The notes under the pieces were generated by a model, which was not told where the DNA came from, ran no database searches, and worked only from the letters and a program-made list of their open reading frames with translations. Of a stretch of DNA of 64,000 nt, positions 39,425 through 50,221 are shown piece after piece. Position numbers and translations under genes: made by a program. The stretch comes from Monocercomonoides exilis PA203 (taxonomy: Eukaryota > Protista > Preaxostyla), in NCBI GenBank assembly GCA_001643675.2, contig LSRY02000033.1:558001-622000 (forward strand), in the 5' to 3' direction. Numbering within the stretch: position 1 is the first letter of the stretch; each line of letters opens with the position of its first letter.

Positions 39425-41023
39425 TCAGTCTTTCTGCTTTTCTTCTTCTTTCTCTTCTTTGATATTTTCTTCTTTCTTTTCTTCTTTCTTTTCTTCCTCT
39501 TCCTTAACTCCTTCCTTAACTTCATCTTCTTTCTTTGTTTCTTCTTTTCCTTCTTCTTTCGCTTTCTCTTCCTTTCTTGATTTCTCTTCTCCTTTTTTCT
39601 CTTCTTCATCTTTCTCATCTTTTTTCTTTTCTTCCTTCCCTTTCGCTTTCTCTTTTTCCTTTTTCTCCTTTTCATCATTATCTCTTTCCCTTTCCCCTTT
39701 TCTTTTTTCTTCTTCCTCATCTTCCTCATCTTCCTCTTCTCCTTCTTCCTCTTCATCATCCTCCAGCTCCCTCGCTCTTACCATCCTGTAATAATTCTCT
39801 TCATCTTCAATATCCTTCTCTTCAATGTATTTAATTGACTTTCGAAGCTCTTTCCTTCTCTCTTTCTCTTTCTCCTCATTCACCATTCTTTCCAATTCGC
39901 TTGTCAGAATGTCGATCTGCAGCTCCGTCGGATTAACATCGACATTTTGCTCTTCTTCCTCTTTATTCTCTCCCTCCTTTTTTTCTTCTTTGATTTCTTC
40001 CTCTTTATCATCAAATATTTCCTCGCTCAATCCAAATTTTTGCAGCAAAGGTGCAAATGCAATCTTTTCTTTTGCTCGCTGCTCCTCCAGCTGCTTCCCC
40101 ACAAGTTCAAGCTCAGCTTTAACAGTGCTGTCTGCTGGGGCAGACACCAAAGCAGCTCTCAGATCAGTGCGGGCAAGCCGAAGATCCCCTTGCTTGACAT
40201 ACACCTGCGATCGCCTATACAACGCTTTGGCATTGGTAGGATCCATTTTAAGAACTGAGTTTGCTTCGTCCTTCACAAACGACAACTTTGGAGGATCCAT
40301 TTTCAAAAAACAAAGACATTTGTTCAGATGAAGAGCAATTCTTAATGCCTGCAGTTGGTCTTTTCTAATATCCTGAGAATCATCAAGATTTTCTATAAAT
40401 CGTAGTCCTCGATCATATTCACGTCGTGCAACCTTCCACTTTCCAAATTTTACAAATTTATTCCCTCTTTCTTTTTTCAACATTGCTGTTTCAAATTTTT
40501 CATTATCAGTAATAGGCTCTTTGTCAAATGCAATGAGTTCAATTTGATAGATGATGGGCAATTTTGGACGATGTTTTTGCTTTCTATTTTTCTTTTTTCT
40601 TCTCAAAAAATCAGAAGCAATTGTGAATTCAGATTTTTCTCCAACTTGCATACTTCCAACAGCAACATCCATGCCTCTGCTAACACGTCCAAGGCCAAGA
40701 TTAAATTGAAAAGGTGACTCAGGATCTTGAAACGAACGGACCACGGTTCTGTCTTTAAGTAAAGCATCATATAAAATATAAACTGTTGCACGTAGTTGTG
40801 GCTTTGGCCCACTTCCTGCTTTCAAAATTCTCTTTACAACTTTCATAGGACATTCTGACTTAACGTCAACACGAGAATCTTCCAAATTCACCTCAGTTCC
40901 AGGCAAATAATCAGAAAACTGTCTTCTTTCACATTTTTCATCAAATGAATAATTAGAATCATTTGAAAATGCAAATAGATCTTCTGTTGACGATTCTTCG
41001 CTTTCTTCAATATCAGTGCTCAT
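39425..41023 (-). CDS. FKBP-type PPIase-like domain + TPR co-chaperone with E/K-rich tail
   Basis: FKBP fold (VVKRILKAGSG...PFQFNLGLGRVSRGMDVAVGSMQVGEKSEFTI...YQIELIAF) followed by three TPRs (KKERGNKFVK, LHLNKCLCFLK, NAKALYRRSQVY). Confidence 0.85.
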   Translation of the reverse strand: MSTDIEESEESSTEDLFAFSNDSNYSFDEKCERRQFSDYLPGTEVNLEDSRVDVKSECPMKVVKRILKAGSGPKPQLRATVYILYDALLKDRTVVRSFQDPESPFQFNLGLGRVSRGMDVAVGSMQVGEKSEFTIASDFLRRKKKNRKQKHRPKLPIIYQIELIAFDKEPITDNEKFETAMLKKERGNKFVKFGKWKVARREYDRGLRFIENLDDSQDIRKDQLQALRIALHLNKCLCFLKMDPPKLSFVKDEANSVLKMDPTNAKALYRRSQVYVKQGDLRLARTDLRAALVSAPADSTVKAELELVGKQLEEQRAKEKIAFAPLLQKFGLSEEIFDDKEEEIKEEKKEGENKEEEEQNVDVNPTELQIDILTSELERMVNEEKEKERRKELRKSIKYIEEKDIEDEENYYRMVRARELEDDEEEEGEEEDEEDEEEEKRKGERERDNDEKEKKEKEKAKGKEEKKKDEKDEEEKKGEEKSRKEEKAKEEGKEETKKEDEVKEGVKEEEEKKEEKKEENIKEEKEEEKQKD

Positions 41024-41188
41024 TGCGTATTTTTAAAATTTCAGAAAAGATTTTTTTCAAGAAGATCAACAGAAAAAATAAAAAAAATTTTGAAATTCAT
41101 TTGCAATTAAAAAATTGAAATAAAGTGAATAAAATTTTTCTATTATTAAAATATCCAACGACATTATAATTTCGTTTTTCAACCCTTT
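41024..41188. promoter_or_regulatory. Putative short bidirectional promoter (FKBP-TPR / BIG-like ArfGEF)
   Basis: Head-to-head starts at 41023(-) and 41189 or 41219(+). AT-rich. Inferred from the gene models. Confidence 0.4.
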
Positions 41189-44100
41189 ATGCGAGCATCA
41201 ATTTGTGAATTGATTTCTATGTCAAATTCTGCTGCAATTTTAGATGCATTCGACAATTTTATACAAGTGACGTCATCGCTAAAGCATTCTGATGTATGCT
41301 CTCAGGCAAGCCACATTAAAGGTTTCTGATTTAAGTCAAATTGAGATATTCATTTTTTGTATTTAAACTCATTAAAGACGAAATTAAAAAAGAGAACATA
41401 AGCAAATGGTCTGTTCATTTATTTCATGTGCTAATTTTTCAGCAACAAAGATTTTAGTAACGAGAAAATTATAACTTTCTTCCGTTCATCAATAGAAATT
41501 GATCAGCCACAGGTGACGGAATCCATATTGAACATTATTCACGTATGCATAGCTTTATAAACATATTTTTTTATTCATTCTTTGATTTATATATTGAATT
41601 TTATGTTTTTATAAAAGAAAATGGCGGAATTCGGTTTTCTGAAAGGTGAAACAGATTCACCAAAAGATACTGAATCGCTTTCATTAAATTCTGTAATTGA
41701 CATTGTTTGCTCCCAAAAGTTTTCGACGACTAAAGACATCCAATTACTTGTCATAAAAGTATACAAGCATTTTTTAATGAATAATTTGAACTTTCCTAAT
41801 CTTTCACAAAGATTTTAAGCATGATTGTTACGTCTCCTTATTGCGTTATTCATTTTCAAGCGTTTAAGGAAATAATCAGAACACTATTACAGTTTTATCT
41901 TTCGGCAGAATATTCAATTATTCGAAATTCATCATCTGGAGTGTTGCAGCAATTGTGCAATTATTTTGTACAAAGAATTCAAACCGTTTGCTAACCATAA
42001 CGAACAGTTTAAAAGATTTTTTAATGAACATTTTGACAATGTATATTTTCTTTGCAATTCAAAGGCTTCGGGTGCAAGCTTTGCTGATTTCAAAACGAAC
42101 ATTAACGATGTCCAAGCCAATTCTCCATCAGGTTCTTCAGAGCGCAGCGCTGCAGCAACTGCGATGAAATCACAGCTCGTTCAGGATGCGGTTGACATGA
42201 TCACATATCTTTGTTCGTTGATTTCTCTGAATCAAAAAGAAGACAACTCAAACGATCCATCTGCAACTCAGTCGGTAAAATCTCCTCAACCTTCGCAGAC
42301 ACCGACAGATGTCCAACAGATCACGCTGGCGCTGCAGTGCCTTCTGAACATAACATCCAAATCTGGAACCATTTTGACACGTCACAGAAGACTCCGCAAT
42401 ACAATCAAAAATACTCTCCTTCAGACAATTCTCACCGCAGCTGGCGCTTCCAAGTCGCATGTGTTTACAATCACAATCACACTGTTTATTTCTCTTCTTC
42501 GCCTTTTCCCTTCTTTTTGCATCACAACACAGAGCGATCTGTTTCCAATTATCGAAGACGATAAGCTCACCTCATCAGAAACATCGCAAAATGAAGAAAC
42601 AAAACTCAATCCATCAACACAAACAGAAATGCAAGTGGATGAGCAGAGCAAGAGGCTAGCTGAATCTCCATCTCCGTCAATGCTTCCTTCTGCAGCATCG
42701 TCACCTACACCCTCTCCATCACCTTCTCCTTCAGCCACTCTGTCTCCAGGCACTTCAGCTGGATCATCTTCGCTGAGAGTGATAATCTCCTCTATCTTCT
42801 CACTCATCATACACACTCTGTCTTCGTCTGAAGAATCCCTCGTTTCTGACAGAATTGCACTTCTTTCTGCACTGTCTCCTCTGTTTTCTGATGCTGTCCT
42901 GCTTCTTCTGCTGTTCCTCCGCTACGACTCGTCTATCCACCGAATCAACATTCTGCAGCGCTTTGCTTCGATGCTCTGCTCTCATCTGACACACAGCGAT
43001 CGCTATGCTTCCATCATTGGAGGAGGAAACATCTCATCTTCTACATCTTCATCTTCATCATCTTCTTCTCCTTCTTCTTCATCTTCTTCTGCAAGCTCTC
43101 AATCTTCTTCGTCAGCTTCATCGCAATCATTGCAGCAATCACAGCTTCCTGAAGCCAAACTCCCTCCGCCTGTTGCCTCGTCTGCCAACACCTCCTCACA
43201 GCAGCTGTTTGAGCTGTGGTGTCTGCAGAGCGTTGCTTCGATGTGCATTGCGCTTTCTGAATGGAGAGACGCTCGTTCTGACGGTTTCAGCAGTGAAACG
43301 TGGGAAAACCTCGAAAAAGCTGACAAAGCAGCACTGAAGGCAATGAAGAGCAGATGGACGAAAAAAAGACAGTTAAGAACTGCAAAAGAAACCGCAGAGG
43401 TTGAAGAAATAAAGGAGTCAGGAAGAGAAGACGCAGAAGATGTGAAGGATGCTCTGATGAGGCATTTTGTGGAGTTTGGATCTCTGCCTCGCGATTTAAT
43501 CAACTCTTATTTTGAAGTTAAATCAACATCACGCAATTCTGACTACAACAACACCAGTTCAGATGCAATCCTGTCTGATCCAACTGTCAATCCTCCATTT
43601 TATCCCTTTTCACTCAATGAAATCATCCAAACGAAGTCACTCCTCACACACGCAGTCTCCTTGTTCAACCAGTCTCCAAAGAGCTGCCAGCGATTCTTCA
43701 TCCGCCATCAGCTTCTTCCATCCTCCCCAGCTGCCTTTGCACATTTCATTCTGCTCCATGATAAGCTCTCCAAATCGCGCATCGGTGAATTCTTTGGCGA
43801 GAACGATCCGTTTGCACTTTCCGTACTTAAAGAATTTTGCGCATTGCTTCGGTTCAGCGGATTGAAACTCGACGCAGCAATGAGTCTGTTTCTGTCGCAA
43901 TTTCGTATTCCTGGTGAAGGACAGAAAATCTGCAGGATCATCGAAGTGTTTGGGGAGCAGTACCACGAAGCGAATCCAGGAATCTTCCCGGATGCTGACT
44001 GTGCATTCAGAACGAGCTACTCTGCAGTGATGCTGCACTCCATTGCACACAGCGGACGGATGGAGCTGATCTCGAAGGAGCTATTTTTGAGGCAGAACGA

Positions 44101-47100
44101 AGAGAATGGAGTGAGCGAAGAGTATCTCAATGAATTGTATGACAGAATAGTTGGAGTGGAAATGAGGGTTGTGGATGATGACGATGAAAGAGTGAGGATG
44201 GCTGTTGAAGATGAAAGACGCATTATGAGCAGAGGGCAGTTCACTAAGGTTCAGCGGGAGAGGGCTGAGGAAGAGAGAAAACTGATGGCATCTCTTCTAC
44301 AGCGCCAGGTGGAAATTGAGCAGAAGAAGGATGAAAGATGCGAAGAGAATGAAGGAGAAGGCGAAGATGGTGAAGAGGAAGAGAGCGATGAAGACGAAAT
44401 GATCATTCATCATCTGACCGACTCTGCGTCACCTAACAATTCTCCTGTACATAGACAGACACACTCACAACTATCTCCACTTTCCCTTCCAAATGATGAG
44501 GTTATGTCTCCCACAACCCTTTCATTCAATCCAATCACACAGGGTTCTTCATCAGATGGCACATCCATTGCACTTGTTCCTGTCTCTCAGGCACAAAATG
44601 TGGATGTTTCTTTTGCAGCCAGTGGAGCTTCTCCGATCCCATTTGCATCTCCACAGCAGGCAAAAGTGATGCTATCGGGAATTGTTCTGCCATCTCTGTT
44701 CCATCTCCGTTTGCTATTGAAATCAATTCTCCCTTCGTTTGTGCCTGCACTTTCAGCTGTGCTGTCTCATTCATCCTCAACTGATGCCATCCGCACTGCT
44801 ATTCTTGCTCTCCGCCATTGTTTGCATCTTTCCTCTCGCTTTTCGCTTTCCTTCCACACAGCCTCACTTGTGTGCGCGCTTGCCCCTCTTTCTGTTCTCT
44901 GCTCAACCCACCGCATCATCGAAGGCAGCCATCTTCTCTCTTTCCGGTCGCTTCTTGCTGCTGTCTCGCCAGACAGAGAAGGAAACTATCTGAAAGAAGA
45001 GTGGCTGGTTGTTGTTGCTGCGGCTGCCAGGCTGAGCAGAATGCAGTCTGTGATGAAAAGATCGGATGACAGACTGGTGAGTGGGAAGGGGATGCTGATG
45101 CTGATGGATGACTTGGGCAATCAGAAGGGAGGAGATGAGTATGGAGACGGAGATGATGATGAAGAGAATGAAGAAGAGGAAGATGACAGCATGAATATGT
45201 CTAATTTGAATAGTGATAGTAGCATTCTGAATGAAATGCATCCAGAAGAAAGAGCTATCTCAGAAGCCGTACGAAGAAGGGAGAACGAAGAACTTAGAAA
45301 AGAAAGAGAAAGAGAAAAAGCAGAGCAGAAAAAGAGAGAGAAAGAACAGAAAGAAAATGACGAAGATGATTATGACTTGTTTGGCAATCTATCATCTGAA
45401 TCTGAAAGTGAATGCGCTCAAGACGCTACCAGAACAAGGGAAGGAGCTTCTGCTACTGGCTTGATCACATCACGCAATGCAACCAACTTGCTTCTCCATC
45501 AGCAGCGTTCTCCATCATCTCATTCGCTGTACCGAATTCTGACTGGGAATCGAAGAGTTACTCGCTCTTCTCTTTTGTTCTATTCGGTTGTATCGCCTTG
45601 TCTGCTTCCTTTTGACTCAATTGTCCTTGCCGATAGCAGCGATGACTTGGCACTTCAGATTGCCGTACTTAAGCACAACTTAAAGTTCTGTTCTGCTTCT
45701 CTTCTGGCTTCCGAGTTTGATGTTGTGTTTTCTTCAACACCTTCTCTTTCTGCTGATTCCTTTGCTTCGTTTGTGCATTCGCTTCTGTTCTTAGCCTCAC
45801 TCGATCTCGCCAGCCCTGCCAGACCACCTCCATCTGCAGTGCCACTATTTGCTGTTCAAAAGCTGTTGGATGTGGTTGAGTTCAACTTGTATCGAGGTGT
45901 GCGAAAGTTCTGGGCGAAGCTTATTCCTTCGCTGCTTCGCACGCTGAGGGACATTGTGAATATGGTCACAGAAGCTCATCTGGCATCTTATTCAGTCAAT
46001 GCGCTGATTATTCTCATCTTTGCTTTTATTGACAGAATTGACGAAGAGGACAAAGAAAAGAAGAAGAAAGATCTTTCTGTCGAAACACCTAACAGTATTT
46101 CTTATTCTACTTTTGAACAAGAAAGAAGAGAAAGCAAAGCAGATCCAAATGCAGATGAAAGAGAATGGTATTCATATCCGTTTTGCTTACCGGCTGGAAA
46201 AGATCCTACTTCTGATACGAAAACTGCAAATGAACCTGAACCTGAAGATGAATCGGCTGACATTCCACATCCAGTTGTCACACCATATTCCTCTGAAAAC
46301 CTTCAATTCTCTCTTTTCACTCCGCTTCTCGAAATAGTGGCATCAGACAACAACTCAGCCATATCATCACAGCAAAAACCACAAAAAGTTGCTTCTTCTT
46401 CGTCTGTTGCTGATATTCTCGCTCATCCTGTGTCCACATTTGTGAAGTTCTCGTCTCCATCTCCTTTCACCCAAACACTTGCTTATCAGATTGATGAACT
46501 CTTCGAGCGGTTTTCAAGGAGACGCCTTTCTGAAAATGAGCTTCCTGTGAAATCTCTGTATCGCCACACGTCATCCCATCACAAACCACTTCATCGCATT
46601 CCACGTCGAGTCTCACCAACACCATTTTCCTCTTCTGCTTCTTCATCTTCTGCTTCTTCCTCTCAACTTGTTCATAAAAGATCTTCTAAAGAAGATTCAA
46701 CTCCACACATATTCACCTCTCTTCTTCGTTCATCAAAGAATCTAACACTTTCTTCGAGCAATACTCCTCCTTCACACCTCACTCTTACTCCTGTTCAATC
46801 AACATCGTTTGCCTCTCTATCATCTGCTTCGTCTCTTCCATTGGAAGGGCATTCCACTTCAAACTCCACCGCCTATCCAATGTTCGGTTCACAAGAATAT
46901 ACTCTTTCTCCGTCTCATCCGTTCGCATCTCCTTCGATATCCTATTCATACACTCCTCCTGTAGCTGCTACTGCTGCAGAAGCACCCCCACCATCTCCAA
47001 TAGACATAGCTGTTCAGCAGTTCCTGCTCACCACACACACCAGAGAATGCACACTCCAGTCAATTGATCTTCTTGTGTCTTCTCGTTTCCATCTACTTAC

Positions 47101-49952
47101 TGTTGGTTGGCAGAGCGTGTTTCATGTGCTTGCTCTGCTTGCCTCATCTGACCGGCTTCTTGCTGCTTCACTGTCTTCTGAATTGAATGAGAGCTCTACC
47201 AAAAACTCAAACTCAACTTCTGACAAAGCATTAGACAATAAGTACTCACAAAATAACGATGGTTCATCGAGAGTTTCTCTAAGCAAGCTTCAAGCGCAGA
47301 CATTGACACAAACAGATCCAAACAGCCCATCAACACTTGCTTCATCGCTCTCTTCAGCCTCTGCACTTGTGGAAACAGCACTTCGCGTTTTTCACTCGAT
47401 ATTCATTGACCGTCTTGTATTTTGGATGCCTTTTGCGCTGCACCAAGCTGTGGCAGCTGCATCTGCATTTACTGCTTCTTCTGCACCACTTCCGTTGGCT
47501 GAAGAGTGTGTGCAAGTTGGAGCACATATTATTCAGCTACTTGCTGGTGATGCTGCCATCCCATTTGCTGATGAAGCAAGGAAGATTGAGGAAGGCGAGA
47601 CTCCAGATTCTGTATCTGTTTCAACCGAAAATGAAGAATCTTCACAAGAAAAGCCTTCATCAAGAGAAGCATCAATAGAAAACATTGCAATAAGTCGTGC
47701 TAGAGTTATTCTGTCTCACGTTAAAGTATATGATGATGCTCATCTTCATTCGTTGTGGCTTCCTTGCATTGCTTCACCTGCACTGTTCCTTGATGACCCA
47801 AGGCCAACCATTCGAGATAGGTTTGTTTTGCTTGTTTCTTTTTTGATTATTCAAACAATTTTTATTTTAATTTTCATTATCATAATTATTTCCCTGAAAA
47901 CAAATTGGTTATTAATTGTCTTAACTTTCTAGAGCTTTGAATGTAACTTCTTTCATTCTCATTAATTACGGGCATCTTTTCACTTGCTCTTTCTGGGAAG
48001 AAATTCAGCGTATTGTGCTCACTCCACTCATCCTAGCAATTACTGCTCATATTGCTTCATTGGCAGAATTGAACTCCTCAATGCAAGAAGAGATATCGAG
48101 CAAGCCAAAAGTCCAAAAACTGGATGCTCAACAAGGATCATTCCCCGAAGAATTCGAAGATGCTGAAGCAACAATTGAATGGGTCAGAGTCACTCTTCCA
48201 TTTGCTCTCCAAACTCTTTCAGCGGTTCTGATGAAACACTGGAGTATTCTTTCTGCTTCAAATCAATCTGCCCAAGAAAAGTCAGATGAAAAATCGCCTC
48301 AATCATCATCTCTGTTTACATCTGTAATTGGATTGATGAAGACGATTATTTCCTGTGGATGCGAAGAGGCAAGCGAAATTGGACTCAATTCTTTAAAAGA
48401 CCTTATTTCAGCAGTTGGAGACAAAATGACGCCAGACCAGTGGATGGAAATAGCTGGAGTGATTGAGAACATCGTGTGGACTACACTGCCAATGGAGCTG
48501 ATGGTGTGGAAATGTAAATGTGATGCAGATGCCACACTTGATTCTGAAAATGATGACAGTTTGATGCCCAGTCCGTTTTCACTGCAAGACGAAGACACAA
48601 AGAAACAAACTGCAAAAGATCAATTTATGAATGCATCGCAAAATCCATTTTCGTCTCAAAGAACACGACTGGATCCTTTTGATCTAACAAAAGTGAAATG
48701 GAAATCACGTGTTCAGTTGAATATGATGAGATGCATAACGTCCATTGTTGAACAGCAATTGACTACTATTCCTCCTGCAGCTTTGCGCTCGTTTTTCCGA
48801 ACTGTATCTGCATCTCTGTCCTTTGCCAGAGTGTTCAATCACAATTATCCACCACGTATTCTCCTACGACTTCTTGTGCCTGCATTCGAAAATACAACTC
48901 CATCACTTCTCAGTTTGGAAATCGATGCATCACTTTCTCTGATAACTATTTTGAATCGAATCATTTGTGCTCCATCTTCTCTGGAACCTGAATCAGATAG
49001 TACTCAGTTTGATTCACCTTCTCCTGCAAAATCAGAGCATTCAAAGAAAGCTGACAGTTCATCCAAAGACATTGAAGAACTTAAGAATGAAGCACTTTCG
49101 ATGCTTATTGGAGAAGCATTATTCTCATTGACCGATTTCATCATGCTGAATGGGCTTTACATCAGAACAGCAAATCCTGCCCATTTTCATACAGCATTTC
49201 AGCAACTGACAGCAGCAGAACAAAAGAAAGTTAATGAAGTTACTGAATGGATGAACGAAAGAGCAAAGCTTCGGAAAGTTCAAGGAATACACATTGTCTC
49301 TACAACATCACAGCCATTTTTCCATTTGACCCATCTTTCACCTTTGTTACCAGAGGAAAACGAAACTCAACCTTCAAACCCCACAGAAGGGTTGAAAGAT
49401 GTTCTTAACGGAAATATTCCACGTTGGGATGCTGAATCTGTCATTGCTTCATTAACTACAACATTTTTGAAAGATCTTTCTGCTTCAGTTTATGTAATGT
49501 CTCCTGAATCAGACTTGACAACAATTCCTTCTTCATTTATTTCAATTACACCTACAATTGCAGTTGATCCTGCTTTAATCGCAAGAACATCGGATATCCC
49601 GCAATACAGTGTACTCGTTACAAATGTTATTAGATTTATGAATTCCCTTCCTTCTTCCATGGTTTGCGTCAAATTTTTGTTTTATATTGAATTAAAAATA
49701 TTCTTTTTTTGAAACAATAATTCATTTTGCTTTATTTCTACCAACTAGGTTGATCCCTATCTTATGGATATTCTTCCTCTACTTGTTTTATTGATAGAAT
49801 CCGAATCTCCACAATTGCGTAATCAGATAGCATGCTTCATATCTTCTCATTTATCCCATTTGCACTCGTCACAACAATCTCATCTCGCTTCGCTTCTTTC
49901 TCATCATCTCTTCCAACCATCTCAAAACAAAGATAAAGGTGCTTCATCTTAA
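41189..49952 (+). CDS. Large Sec7-domain ArfGEF of the BIG/Sec7 family (DCB-HUS-Sec7-HDS), ~2,750 aa, spliced
   Basis: DCB-like small exons (41189/41219-41321, to 41542, 41618-41758, 41812-41985: DIQLLVIKILSMIVTSPY...SSGVLQQL). Main exons 42065-47820, 47933-49661 and 49749-49952 are in frame. HUS-like RYDS box; Sec7 motif FRIPGEGQKICRIIEVF with the Glu finger; HDS motifs GNYLKEEW, FAVQKLLDVVEFN and DPRPTIRDRAL. Splicing between 41322 and 41450 is ambiguous. Confidence 0.88.
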
Positions 49953-50221
49953 TTCAGAATTTGCTTTCCTTTTTGTATAATTGAGTGAACGCTTTACAAT
50001 AAATATTTATTATAAATATATTAGTGACTTTTGAAAATAGTTTTATTATTTTTATTTTTTGGAGTTTTGTTTTTTAATTTCAATGATGTGTTGAATTACA
50101 CAAAAAAAGCAAAATTATAACTTCTAATTTTTTTCTAACCTAATTACATGAAATAAAACAACGAAGAAACTTAATCAAGAGAAACAATCAAGAATACGTG
50201 AAAAACTATTTGCATTTCATA

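Noticed and set aside
41966-49952. ORFs 41966-47932, 47937-49712 and 49764-49952 as separate genes, with a hydrophobic TM-like C-terminus at ~47830-47930
   Set aside because: GT-AG introns 47821-47932 and 49662-49748 join them in frame. The hydrophobic tail is intron read-through.
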